Assembly: GCA_964646795.1 (NCBI GenBank)
Contig: CAZYHL010000001.1
Location: 1-47,552, forward strand
Origin: an uncultured Syntrophomonadaceae bacterium
Lineage (GTDB): Bacteria; Bacillota; Dethiobacteria; PWVN01
DNA length: 47,552 nt
Reading direction: 5' to 3'
In this document: piece after piece, positions 34,801 through 42,153 of the stretch
Numbering within the stretch: the stretch's first letter is position 1
How the letters are laid out: the number at the start of each line of letters is the position of its first letter
Notes under the pieces: model-generated
Told to the model about the DNA's origin: nothing
What the model saw: only the letters and a program-made list of their open reading frames with translations
Database searches by the model: none
Translations under genes and position numbers: made by a program

Positions 34801-34963
34801 GAGGTATAATAAAGCTAAGAAGATGGATGAGCGTGCTGGTAATACTGAGGCTGTGGATCAGTTGTTGAGTGAAGCGAGTAGGTTTGGTGATGAAGGGAAG
34901 AAGATTAGAGGTGTGATTACTGATGACTTCAAGCAGAGGGTGAGAATCTTGATGAGTAAATAG
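28859..34963 (+). CDS. giant virion-associated (internal/ejected, polyvalent-type) protein, 2034 aa
   Basis: Single uninterrupted ORF, last gene of the structural arm, TAATG overlap start. A conserved-looking block (PGGSNYKELF...GHADYSDIENPVVRLRMNDRVDSEGKKVLFLEEVQ...YDKVAWTTGEMQAKRY...GLRKLYDQDIPNVVKKLGG) resembles modules I recall from very large phage/plasmid proteins. No polymerase motifs seen. Confidence 0.55.
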   Translation: MDDAEIVLGKKTASQQSDADIVLGKQPAPIQPTPPKEEPGFFSKLGSSIMDVAGKLGADRIEAQNREAEILRANPPKLPSFTGSPITSKDYGPLEKNVLLNIFGVLPYEREGAYIAQTTKSNFSMSALKPAQAKEILSKPLPPPEYTGSKGEQLLATFAGNAAEGLIRTATFGMLGGVAPTPQGITGEVPVGIAGQITGAFPSLLLIGQGFHLVTNAIVKGLPTGIKNITEAAIKLGFTTDMLNNALNNSVNFANSVKAGDTRGMIDSGSGVLIDSLFSFLIAKGLPEDARKIADFRKNRSAGGSFFDASSTLKAAAEKKSVEPEVKKEMATTNQKIVRTKNVRTKEEPQLEPDEFDELLAPMKEDLNKLKDWSDYPKDEEVAKAVGKPVEEVTIEDTKSVVEEDLNEIDFELGKPEPVEMRNESSPFRQEKDVTKAQLNNYRRNPVVANTYEELTSTDPENYKSAAITARKLVADFNAYLDGEKVDVTKTQEMASRMAAQPNDFEWQFIDEKGRVDEEGFKEFSTYVSDAAKWMRQAQKPGLGTSLHFGLPIDEAYQMMKPWFSSLRKYAEEKLPKIASAEQILATLRKGSTKDEWENVGLEGVLEKGRKYSREEIGKIIDEGSVELKDVELSYRKDQDPSDPYDEDSFTPKFSSYVEPGGSNYKELFVTAPERTTSVDITRESFDSVRSYLSQSTRDELWNKYQSGELTPNELVPNGPSWQDGHADYSDIENPVVRLRMNDRVDSEGKKVLFLEEVQPPNPSEQEKMPAYLQKRWREIGMKRALKYAIDNGYDKVAWTTGEMQAKRYSLDQTISDIVYHDATSGGVGLPNLDAEETGGVLKIRSTDGRIIYDRYTNVEELSNIIGEEATDRLLSAKPRSVRTGSGLNSRERALTGQNLVMENKGLRKLYDQDIPNVVKKLGGEVGESNVRFKDYLKERKYVGPEHDIESLQHFIKNNRLDASDEMTIKGIIEALKQDRNFDRVMYDYGSDSVARLLGGKFVDNPSSTKVQSVSLQPLKSKASGGFSLYSGVPVDRLESLGKDLTNYYKRLSEAKSKSIAEMFREAKKIGIAHWLNQSGNARALIEAEGDKAKEVLQATALARGGHSLAIARYKQADKEVNSGLSKAEQEAKDRLIMAERVLAVNKTSPKTIKNVPKAFSVENSTDIINAIGSKKINGSEDLTPQAELLVRKAKDTYFDANRQATKDLADEGIIGRQEERDLVANNYAKFSPVTKQTIDKITGNSGVGRTSQGAFDPLKRIKKGGNDEVLLETNSRLTMLEYFDQVYTAIAINRAKRTMADFAKSTPENKFSWVDTSKVKVLDAQPSDVTGLKRSIKIKRYEQGVSDYEFRQLLKANGIKEKFSATKNITALRAVDKALGDVSKGYEKVLTHPKGWVRDYYLEDGIKKEMWLEPSFAKEWMAETKETSGAFAKFVRVFSGSQIVKLFATGINPAFAIANLPRDAVHAWFASRVMEGDKWKSLYSMRAPRAVGQMARDYKDVFVDVMKEKGVIDDFIEDGGGSNYLYTQGRLTDVNAKNRVRLEGPFDALYDFMSGINRRSEMLTRMAIRNRVIRMRAKEQGLTVEQAKKDPKIRREASFAAIDQMNFGEGGSIAKALDNAIPYLKARIVGTRSLWRVFEPGSGTAKASAVKLGQFAALVTGLYLLNRQRNPQAIDDLRDDPRSKNSFTLVMGKDAGVTVDGQKRHVFFRAPLDSGQAFFKVLFESIAGKMLGDEIDPTKIVRSLKDALPADISNLPPTAQGLIGYYTNTNIWSGNEIWKGYEGPIPYKPPQWMTGDKVGGSNLEYTKRTPEIYKDLGDLTGLSPERLGYVIQSYLTNDNLYSQLTFSMYDKIFHGLDDDQKKQLLAESISRYPGTKRFFGLTNPASQDIKKAEEINWRRIGIKAEQNQELDRLLDSYLAGGKVTGKEINEFISKQPDKADQERLAEDVKKTMSLKDLPSAGWWRKLMKMDSQGRAEAFVERYNKAKKMDERAGNTEAVDQLLSEASRFGDEGKKIRGVITDDFKQRVRILMSK
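29869..29893. repeat. PAL25 copy inside the giant ORF
   Basis: agttcgtacaaaaaatgtacggact, coding IVRTKNVRT. Confidence 0.9.
34066..34090. repeat. PAL25 copy inside the giant ORF
   Basis: agatcctacaaaaattgtacggtct, coding IDPTKIVRS. Confidence 0.85.
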
Positions 34964-34986
34964 ATCATACAAATTTTGTATGGACT
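34962..34986. repeat. PAL25 copy at the end of the rightward arm
   Basis: agatcatacaaattttgtatggact. Embeds the AG of the TAG stop at 34961-34963 and is followed directly by the terminator. Confidence 0.9.
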
Positions 34987-34988
34987 TA

Positions 34989-35030
34989 AGAGGGACTAGT
35001 GAGTGATTGCTAGTCCCTCTTTTTGTTTGT
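34989..35030 (+). terminator. rho-independent terminator of the rightward (late) arm
   Basis: 11-bp stem agagggactag/ctagtccctct with a 10-nt loop, followed by ttttgtttgtg. Confidence 0.85.
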
Positions 35031-35119
35031 GCGTGTTTTTTTAGTGGATGCGCAGCCCCCACTATATCACAAAAGGTCCGATCGCCACGTTCGGATCGTT
35101 CACTCCACATCACCTCCTT

Positions 35120-35338
35120 TCATGCACACCCTGTGCTTTCACCACAGAGAGGACAGGATCTACAATAACCGGTAGGAATTGTAGGATGCCCGCATACTCT
35201 ACACAAATGCTTCACGTTTATTTCTTCAGGCCTTAGCTCCATAAAGTAAGGGCAATCCTTACGAAGGAACTTTTCATAGTAACAAGTTGGCTCTTTTCTA
35301 CACCATGTACAGATTGAGTTTCTATTAATCACAGCCAT
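35120..35338 (-). CDS. Cys-rich zinc-finger protein (72 aa), last gene of the leftward arm
   Basis: CTWC...C...C...CRVC...CRSCPLC pattern. Confidence 0.6.
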   Translation of the reverse strand: MAVINRNSICTWCRKEPTCYYEKFLRKDCPYFMELRPEEINVKHLCRVCGHPTIPTGYCRSCPLCGESTGCA

Positions 35339-36530
35339 TCGTTTTCTCCCTAATTATCTTCATCATAGTGTCTAATCCAGGACGACGGACTACTTCTATG
35401 TAACCTGATTGTTCAAGTGTATTGAGTAAGCGATCCATCAACATCTTATCCACATCACCTTCGAATCTACGATAGAAGAGGAAGATAGGAACTTCGTCTG
35501 CTACTGAGGATTCAAGGAAAGCGATAGCGTCACCAAGGAGATTAGATATATCACTGCGTCCAATCCCTCTAAAGACTGTAGACATTCTAACTTCTACTTC
35601 CTCAAGGAATTCCACTGCTCGTCGCATATCCTGTTCTTCAATGATGAGTTTGTTGCTTCGAGATGCAGCACAGATCATTGCTACTGATAACAAGTGAACT
35701 CTTCGTCGCCCAATGTAGGCTTCAAACTTTTTGTCTTGGAAAGGTGGATTATTGATAGATTTCATACACCAGTCGTAGTAAACGCTGATGGCATTTTCAG
35801 TGGTTTTATAAACTCCACTTAACAATGAGATTTGCTCCAAGTCACGGATCAAATACTGTTGTAATTGGAGTTGGTTGTCTGTGATATTTGGTAAGATAAC
35901 ATCCTTACCTTTCTTATATTCGTTGACGAAGATGATTCGAGAACTTAAGCCACCACCTATTGCTTCCATAGGGAAGGAAGCCTGGAGGGATTCATGAGTT
36001 GTGCCGGCAAGGATGTTAACCCACACTCCGCGGATCTCCTCTCTCCCACGCTTAATGGTATCATAGACCCATTTCTCCTTGCAGTCAAACCAGTCGCAAA
36101 GTGTAGCGATTAGTTCAGAGTTATGATATCCTAGGAAGACAGTAAACTCATTGGAGAATACTGTGAGGGAAGAGTGGAAGATCATCTGGCCTGTGTCTTT
36201 GTTAAGGTCGGTGAGGTTAGTCTCCTTGAGGTTTTTGATTAAGGCTTGAAGGGATGTAGCTTGGGCACTTATTTTGATGGAGGGAACTTTGTTGATGATG
36301 TCCTCAGCGAAACCCATAGCTGTTCCTTTGCCAGTTGCAGGTGGACCTACGAGGACCACGTAGAGATTTGGGTAGATAGTGATGGATAGGCCTAGTTCGA
36401 ACTTGATCTTTCTCTGTAATGCCGAAGCCACTGTTGATATGGCTACCCATTTCCTAAACAGCGTCGGAGGTTCTGAATCATCTGTGAGTGTCATGAAGCC
36501 ATTGATCCAGTCACTAAGATGCCTAGACAT
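35325..36530 (-). CDS. P-loop NTPase, DUF3987/D5-like replicative helicase candidate
   Basis: Walker A LVGPPATGKGT after an N-terminal region resembling DUF3987 proteins. Lies in the replication module. Confidence 0.55.
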   Translation of the reverse strand: MSRHLSDWINGFMTLTDDSEPPTLFRKWVAISTVASALQRKIKFELGLSITIYPNLYVVLVGPPATGKGTAMGFAEDIINKVPSIKISAQATSLQALIKNLKETNLTDLNKDTGQMIFHSSLTVFSNEFTVFLGYHNSELIATLCDWFDCKEKWVYDTIKRGREEIRGVWVNILAGTTHESLQASFPMEAIGGGLSSRIIFVNEYKKGKDVILPNITDNQLQLQQYLIRDLEQISLLSGVYKTTENAISVYYDWCMKSINNPPFQDKKFEAYIGRRRVHLLSVAMICAASRSNKLIIEEQDMRRAVEFLEEVEVRMSTVFRGIGRSDISNLLGDAIAFLESSVADEVPIFLFYRRFEGDVDKMLMDRLLNTLEQSGYIEVVRRPGLDTMMKIIREKTNGCD

Positions 36531-36831
36531 TAGAATCCTTTACGAAAATACCATCTACCATTTTGCCTTTTCTATCCTTGATTTGAAGATAGGCTGCAGT
36601 ATAGCAAGTGAACATATCAGTAAGTGCCTTATGTGCAAGGATAGTTAACACAACCTGCATATCACCAATAGCGTCTTGGAATTTTTCAAAGTCTCCTTGT
36701 TCAATAGCTTCACCTAACTCATCATACTCCTCCTTGAGTTTCTTATACTGAGCTTCAAAAGTTGTACCCTCAAGTATCCCACGATCATTAGCCCACTGAA
36801 TTACTCTCTTCTCTACTTCTTCGAAGTACAT
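36523..36831 (-). CDS. mazG: MazG-like all-alpha nucleoside triphosphate pyrophosphohydrolase
   Basis: KLKEEYDELGEAIEQGD...AIGDMQVVL carries the E..E...E/D motifs typical of phage MazG. AAGGAG RBS. Confidence 0.7.
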   Translation of the reverse strand: MYFEEVEKRVIQWANDRGILEGTTFEAQYKKLKEEYDELGEAIEQGDFEKFQDAIGDMQVVLTILAHKALTDMFTCYTAAYLQIKDRKGKMVDGIFVKDSNV

Positions 36832-36994
36832 TTTGTTTTCTCCTTATGTTGTGTTTCTGAGCGATTGAGTTTCTGCAACTTAAACAAAATAATCCTGATG
36901 CATGTTTAGAAGGTTTGCATAATGATAAGCCGCCGCACCTATCGCAGCTATATAGTTGATTCTTTAGCACTTTGGGTGGCTCTGAGCGTCCCAT
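36788..36994 (-). CDS. possible overlapping 68-aa zinc-ribbon ORF bridging the PolA-MazG gap
   Basis: ATG at 36994 with GGAGGAA 5 nt upstream. The CDRC...CLSC motif is encoded exactly in the 116-nt gap. It overlaps the PolA 3' end by 47 nt and the MazG 5' end by 44 nt. Confidence 0.4.
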   Translation of the reverse strand: MGRSEPPKVLKNQLYSCDRCGGLSLCKPSKHASGLFCLSCRNSIAQKHNIRRKQNVLRRSREESNSVG

Positions 36995-39476
36995 AAGTTT
37001 CCTCCAATTTCTCTGCAAGAAGTTCAGGAGTTGCAGGAAGTGATTTTGATTTGAACTCTTTCATTTGTTTCTTGTACATGTTAAGGCCTATGGATAGGTC
37101 AACAGGAGTTTTGATCTCTCTCTCATGCCATATTAAAGGACGTTCGAGAGAGTACTTGATGTGGAGAAGCATACGTGCATGCTCGATCCATGGGACTGAG
37201 ACAGGTATCTGGAATACTATAGAGTCATGTATCTGAGTTAGGATCTCTATAGGTTTGAACCACTGCTGGTTGTAGTAGATGTATTCAATACCTTGTTCGT
37301 TCATCTTATCTGCCGTAGTGCTCTGAGGCAACTGTGCATAAGCCTCACGAAAGGTAGTATCACAAGCGCTGGCAGGAGTAAAACGGTCAGGAAAAACAGG
37401 ACCAAGAAATAAACGGTTGCGACCAAATAGGTTAGTAACCATCCTATTGTTGCGTAGCATTTCTTTAATAACCTGGTGGTAACCGCCTCGTATTTGTGGA
37501 TAGCCTCGATGAATAGATTCGAGAGTTTGCTTTGCATCAGTTTCAGGCATCTCATTAACCAGTGCGAAGGTTTTATAGGAGACATCATAGTTGGTTGCAT
37601 GATTCCCTTTCTTCCCCCAGTAACGCTCAGATTGGCGGCCATCACCTAAGGATGATGAGCCATCTTCATCACTTATTTGGTTGTAGGGTTTGTTGAAGAT
37701 GATGGAGGCTGTGAGTCTGTGGAGGTCAACTCCGGTTTCAAAAGCCTCGATTTGCGATATAACTCCTCCAACATACGCGACAATACGGTTCTCAATTTGC
37801 GATAAGTCAAATGAGTAGAGGATATATCCTTCGTCGCAGAGGAAGAAACGAAGTAGATCATGCGGCCAGTTTTGCTGGTTCCCTCCAGTACCAAAGATAG
37901 TTTGACCTGACGACAGCCGTCCAGTTTCGGCACCAACTGGTTTATAGCTCGACCTATAGCGTCCATCTGGATCTACCTTTCCAATGTTGAGATAAGTTGA
38001 GATGCGTTTTGAGAGACCACGAATGTCAAGCATTAATCTTGCAACTGCTGAACCTTTTCCACCAAGTCTGAATATGCGCTTGAGAGCATCAACATCAGTT
38101 GAATCCCCATGTGTTGTTCTGGACTTATAAGGCTTAAGTCCACACTCTTGGTAGAAATAATTTTTGAGTTGCAGTGGAGAGTTAGGGTTAATATCGTGTC
38201 CGACCTCGGACTTAAGGTTGACAATCAGGGCATCGAGTTCCTTTTGTTGCTCTTCTTGGTAGGCAAGCATTCCTTGGACATCTACTCTAATCCCCCTTTC
38301 TCCCATATAGATGAGAGGTTCGATGAGTTTACGTTGACGATCATACGTGACTATATTCTTCTGCATCTCAAGATGTTTGAGTTGCTTAGGATGAGCTTCG
38401 ATAGGTACTATGGAGTCCATCCCGTTGTAATTCCACCAGGTTTCCCAAGTCCCACTCTGCATCTTCATCCATTTTTTACCATCTTGTTTATAATAAGGAA
38501 TATCAGTATGCATAGTGGTAACGAAGTCGAGGCCAGCAGGAAAGTCAGGATAGCTGATCTTCTGCGCGATCTGTGTGCAATGTAGATTGCCCCTAGGACG
38601 AATGCCGAACTTACGATATAAGAACTCAAGATCAAAAATAAAGTTTGCACCAATTTTAGATATTCGTTCATCTTCGATTATCCTCGCGAGGAGTTTAATT
38701 ATTTGCACTTCTTCATCTGGAGTGAAGTAGTCTCCTTGGGAGGAACGTAAGGGAATGGAGCAAGCCTTTTCTCTATCCCATCCGACAGAAAAGCAATCCA
38801 CTTCTTCGTTAACGACTTCGATGTCGATAGCAATTTCCTGTCCTTGGAGTCCAGCCTGGAAGCAGTGATTAAGGATAGCGACACTTTCATCAAATGTAGG
38901 TCTGATGATAACCGTTCGAGATCGTCGAGTGATACCTGCATAGTGGGATTCTTCTTCTGCACGGAGTAAGTCCTCAATGATTAAAGGTTTGTTGATGTAG
39001 TTACATTTAGGAGGGAGGATCGTGGCAGGGTGGTATGTAGGGATTACCTTAAGCCCTGGGACTAATGTAGATTCCAACACAGATCCTCTCCATTTACCTA
39101 TTCCAATACGATCGCATAGGGCGATTAGGGGTACGTTGCCGAATGCGAGGACAGCGTTTAGCTTCAGAGATTTAAGTTCTTGCCCAAGTTCTTGGATATA
39201 ACGATAGCCATTTGGGCTAATAGTAAACTTGCCTTTCTTGAAGTCTATGTCAATGTACTTGGCAAGAGGCTCGTCGAGATCTTTAATGACATTCGTTATA
39301 TACAAACTAGAACGAATAATCTTAGACATCATCAAGATGTCATCAAGCATCCTGCCAGCTTGGCCTATGAATGGTCTAGGTGGAGAACCCCTTATTTCGT
39401 CAATTCCAGGTTGTTCACCGATAAGGCCAAATGTTGCGCAGGTGTCGCCAGAAGGAGGTACATACGTCCGCTTCAT
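36948..39476 (-). CDS. DNA polymerase A with 3'-5' exonuclease and an N-terminal family-4-UDG-like domain (842 aa)
   Basis: UDG-like GEQPG..E...G.PFIGQAGRMLD and TYHPATIL. Exo I AIDIEV. Pol motif A FDLSQIENRI, motif B K..N..TNY, motif C QIHDSIVF. Start revised to the ATG at 39476 (GGAG RBS), because the track start TTG at 39497 lies inside PAL25. Confidence 0.9.
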   Translation of the reverse strand: MKRTYVPPSGDTCATFGLIGEQPGIDEIRGSPPRPFIGQAGRMLDDILMMSKIIRSSLYITNVIKDLDEPLAKYIDIDFKKGKFTISPNGYRYIQELGQELKSLKLNAVLAFGNVPLIALCDRIGIGKWRGSVLESTLVPGLKVIPTYHPATILPPKCNYINKPLIIEDLLRAEEESHYAGITRRSRTVIIRPTFDESVAILNHCFQAGLQGQEIAIDIEVVNEEVDCFSVGWDREKACSIPLRSSQGDYFTPDEEVQIIKLLARIIEDERISKIGANFIFDLEFLYRKFGIRPRGNLHCTQIAQKISYPDFPAGLDFVTTMHTDIPYYKQDGKKWMKMQSGTWETWWNYNGMDSIVPIEAHPKQLKHLEMQKNIVTYDRQRKLIEPLIYMGERGIRVDVQGMLAYQEEQQKELDALIVNLKSEVGHDINPNSPLQLKNYFYQECGLKPYKSRTTHGDSTDVDALKRIFRLGGKGSAVARLMLDIRGLSKRISTYLNIGKVDPDGRYRSSYKPVGAETGRLSSGQTIFGTGGNQQNWPHDLLRFFLCDEGYILYSFDLSQIENRIVAYVGGVISQIEAFETGVDLHRLTASIIFNKPYNQISDEDGSSSLGDGRQSERYWGKKGNHATNYDVSYKTFALVNEMPETDAKQTLESIHRGYPQIRGGYHQVIKEMLRNNRMVTNLFGRNRLFLGPVFPDRFTPASACDTTFREAYAQLPQSTTADKMNEQGIEYIYYNQQWFKPIEILTQIHDSIVFQIPVSVPWIEHARMLLHIKYSLERPLIWHEREIKTPVDLSIGLNMYKKQMKEFKSKSLPATPELLAEKLEETYGTLRATQSAKESTI

Positions 39477-39486
39477 TTTCTTCTCC

Positions 39487-39511
39487 AGTTTATACAAAAT
39501 TTGTAGGAACT
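39487..39511. repeat. PAL25 copy (intergenic)
   Basis: agtttatacaaaatttgtaggaact. The right end overlaps the minus-strand TAG stop at 39510-39512. Lies 10 nt upstream of the PolA ATG. Confidence 0.9.
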
Positions 39512-40835
39512 ATTTATGCAACAAGTTATGTGCTTTAACTAGAAAAGCATCCTTGTACTCACGACTCTTTTCAAATCCGAGTGCGCTGATGTTAAGTTCT
39601 GCTGCAGCAAGAAGTCCATTGCCACTTCCTAGGAATGGGATTAGTAAACGTGAACCTGGCATAGCAAAGGTCTCGTAGACTTCCCTCATTAATGCAAGTG
39701 GGCGTTCAGTAGGGTGGGTCTTCTGTGAAGGTGGAGTAGGTGCATAGTGGAAGACATTGGAACGCCCAGCCATGTTGATTACTGGGCGGCCTTTGTATGC
39801 GTAGAAGAACATTTCGTAGGAGTTGGCTAGGTGGATGTTAGGATTGTTAGTCTGACCTGGGCTAGTCTTAGCCCATATACCAGGAATGCGACGACAGTTG
39901 AAGCCTGCTCTATGGATCATCTTGAAGACTATGTTAAACCAAGGGTCTGGACCGAACCAGCATATGAGCCAAGAGTTATCAGTCATTACTCTGTAGCATC
40001 CCTTAAAGAGTTGTTCTAGGAATTCAGGATAAGCATCAGAGTCTATCTCGTTGTAGGATTCAGTGGTGTATTGGGAGACTGATTCCTTCTGCTTGATGTC
40101 CATTAGTTTGATGCCATAGGGAGGGTCGATTTCTACAGTGTGAAATAGCCCATCAGGGAGTTCTTTGACCCCTTGGAAGAAGTCCCTAATGATGTACGCA
40201 TCGTTGAGTTTTTGCAGGGTGACGGACATTCCTTTTTGTTCCATCTCTGAGACGACTTGTTGCTTTGCAATAGCCTCAGACATTTTGTTGATTACTTTGG
40301 ATGCATCTGAAGCGGTTTTGCACTCGGTGAAAAGTTCAGGGTGCTCGTCAAAAAGTTGGGCACGTTTAAGTGCTTCACTTACTTCAGTACGTGACTTTGC
40401 TCCAATAGCCTCAGCTGTTTCCTTAGTTCCCCATCCTTCAGATGAAGGGCCAGGAGCTTTGACACCATAGAGTTCTTGGTTGAGCCTGTGGATCTTGGAA
40501 GTTAGTTTATCCTTCTCAATCCAAGTCATCTCTTTACGATAGAGGTTTTCAGACTCCTCAATGATTGCCATCTCGAGTTCGTTTAGTTCTCGTTCATAAA
40601 TACGAGCAGGGATGTGAGTACAGCCTGGTTCGGTGGAGAGGACTGAGAATCGACGACCTCCAGCAAGGAGACGATAAGTACCGTCGTGCATGAGACGCAG
40701 TGCAAGTGGAGCGATTAGGCCACTCTTCTGCATGTTTGCTCTGAGGTCTTCAATATCTCCCATATCCTCACGAGTGCGATCTTCTACTATAATTTTTGAG
40801 ATTTCTACCATTCCTACTTTGCCAACATCTATCAT
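39510..40835 (-). CDS. ParB-like nuclease domain fused to an N6/N4 DNA methyltransferase
   Basis: N-terminal ParB/Srx-like LIAPLALRL..DGTYRLLAGGRRF. Motif IV DPPY (VEIDPPYG) precedes motif I FLGSGNG (beta-class order). Confidence 0.85.
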   Translation of the reverse strand: MIDVGKVGMVEISKIIVEDRTREDMGDIEDLRANMQKSGLIAPLALRLMHDGTYRLLAGGRRFSVLSTEPGCTHIPARIYERELNELEMAIIEESENLYRKEMTWIEKDKLTSKIHRLNQELYGVKAPGPSSEGWGTKETAEAIGAKSRTEVSEALKRAQLFDEHPELFTECKTASDASKVINKMSEAIAKQQVVSEMEQKGMSVTLQKLNDAYIIRDFFQGVKELPDGLFHTVEIDPPYGIKLMDIKQKESVSQYTTESYNEIDSDAYPEFLEQLFKGCYRVMTDNSWLICWFGPDPWFNIVFKMIHRAGFNCRRIPGIWAKTSPGQTNNPNIHLANSYEMFFYAYKGRPVINMAGRSNVFHYAPTPPSQKTHPTERPLALMREVYETFAMPGSRLLIPFLGSGNGLLAAAELNISALGFEKSREYKDAFLVKAHNLLHK

Positions 40836-41050
40836 TCATCTTCTCCTATCAATTCTAACAACTCTTGTTTCATTTCATCTGTTAATTGTGTAAAGTCGAA
40901 AGTCTTAGCAGGCTTCGACTTGGATGGTGCTTTAGATGTGGATTTCTTAGTTTCTCTACGACGTAGGCGAGTTTGCCTTATGAGTTCTAAGGCCTCATCA
41001 TTGTCCATAGAGAGGATTGATTTGTAGGGTAGATCGTCAAGGTTGGACAT
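40832..41050 (-). CDS. hypothetical basic/acidic small protein (72 aa)
   Basis: ORF track. ATGA overlap with the methyltransferase start. Confidence 0.6.
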   Translation of the reverse strand: MSNLDDLPYKSILSMDNDEALELIRQTRLRRRETKKSTSKAPSKSKPAKTFDFTQLTDEMKQELLELIGEDE

Positions 41051-41306
41051 TTTTGTCCTCCATATCTTTAATTAACTCATCTGCATGTTTCATAGATTGA
41101 ATCAAGTCAGATGGTTTAACTAACTGTGCTGTCATAGCAACGATGAACTTGTCACCATGAAGTTCGATTTTATCTAGGACGTCATCTAGGATGATGCCGA
41201 ACAAGGCTTTCTTAACTCCGTGAGCATCCAAGAGACGTTCGACACGAAACTTTTGCTCTTCAGAGATTTCGAAACTAAAGCGGGGTTTGTAGTCTTCATT
41301 TGACAT
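41037..41306 (-). CDS. putative ribbon-helix-helix DNA-binding protein (89 aa)
   Basis: N-terminal PRFSFEISEEQKFRVERLLDAHGVKKALFGIILDDVL fits a beta-strand/helix/helix (Arc/CopG-like) pattern. Confidence 0.4.
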   Translation of the reverse strand: MSNEDYKPRFSFEISEEQKFRVERLLDAHGVKKALFGIILDDVLDKIELHGDKFIVAMTAQLVKPSDLIQSMKHADELIKDMEDKNVQP

Positions 41307-41814
41307 TGAAAGTCCTTATCTTTACAGAGGAGTATTCTATAATAAATTTTGAGTATTTATCATAGTTAGACTTCTCAAGGCATACTATTTCAACTATCCC
41401 TGCATTGATAATAGTACTAAAACAATTCTGACAAGGTATTACGGTGTTGAGGTAGAGAGTTGCATTGTTGGTATATACTCCAACTTTAGCAGCATTAGTT
41501 ATAGCATTCTCCTCAGCATGTTGAGCAGTGCAGAGTTCCATGGAGGTTCCAGATGGGAAGCCCAGGACTTTGCGTGGACAGCTTTGGGTGAAATCTTTAG
41601 GGGGTATTTGCCTAGCGGTAATTATGTATTGTAACTCTTGGTCTTTCACAAGTCTGTCGATTCCACAGTGAGGGATACCACGAGCAGGGCCGTTATAACC
41701 AGTGGATAACACAGAGTTATCTCTAACTATAATAGCCCCTATCTTACGAGATAAACAAGGGCTTTTGTGTGCAACAGCATTGCAGATGTCTAGGAAGTAA
41801 TTGTCCCAGTTCAT
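41296..41814 (-). CDS. dCMP deaminase
   Basis: HAEENAI zinc-binding motif and PCQNC motif with the correct spacing. Confidence 0.9.
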   Translation of the reverse strand: MNWDNYFLDICNAVAHKSPCLSRKIGAIIVRDNSVLSTGYNGPARGIPHCGIDRLVKDQELQYIITARQIPPKDFTQSCPRKVLGFPSGTSMELCTAQHAEENAITNAAKVGVYTNNATLYLNTVIPCQNCFSTIINAGIVEIVCLEKSNYDKYSKFIIEYSSVKIRTFNVK

Positions 41815-42125
41815 TACTTTATCCCTTCATCAATGAGACAGCCTTTGCATAGATAAGTGTAATTGCGGATGTCTCGAAGTTTCTCATCCCATTTAGCTGG
41901 AGTATAGCTCCATGGGTTTCTAGACATTTTAACTATAGACACCATATGCTTGACCATGAACCAGATGCAGGCTGTAGAAGAAGGTTCCATAGTCATGCCT
42001 GCTGCCTGTTTGAAATTCTCTAGACGTTCGTCATTAGTAGCATACTCCTCAGCTTTACCTATAAGCATTTCATGTGAGGCTTCGTTCTCTTCTAAGAAGA
42101 GGTTATTGAATTGTTCTGATGTCAT
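41814..42125 (-). CDS. DUF1599-like (nucleotide-modification-associated) protein
   Basis: The pattern Y..ND.L.NF......G......I...M.KH..S resembles DUF1599. GGAGG is supplied by PAL25 copy 42129-42153. Confidence 0.45.
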   Translation of the reverse strand: MTSEQFNNLFLEENEASHEMLIGKAEEYATNDERLENFKQAAGMTMEPSSTACIWFMVKHMVSIVKMSRNPWSYTPAKWDEKLRDIRNYTYLCKGCLIDEGIK

Positions 42126-42128
42126 TTA

Positions 42129-42153
42129 AGTTCCTCCAAAAATTGTATGAACT
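42129..42153. repeat. PAL25 copy (intergenic, CCTCC variant)
   Basis: agttcctccaaaaattgtatgaact. On the minus strand it reads GGAGGAACT, followed by TAA and then the ATG of 41814..42125. Confidence 0.9.

Noticed and set aside
28859-34963. The giant ORF as a virion-packaged RNA polymerase (N4- or crAss-like) using the PAL25 hairpins as promoters
   Set aside because: I found no DxDGD/NADFDGD-type double-psi-barrel motif and no T7-like motifs A, B or C by eye. PAL25 is spread over early and late regions, unlike N4 early hairpin promoters. The idea is kept only as something a profile search could revisit.
37051-39678. Multiple 60-160-aa ORFs nested in or antisense to the PolA gene (e.g. 38109..38585 +, 37301..37645 -, 39229..39678 +)
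   Set aside because: They are fully contained in a polymerase gene with all catalytic motifs intact, have no RBS, and have odd composition.
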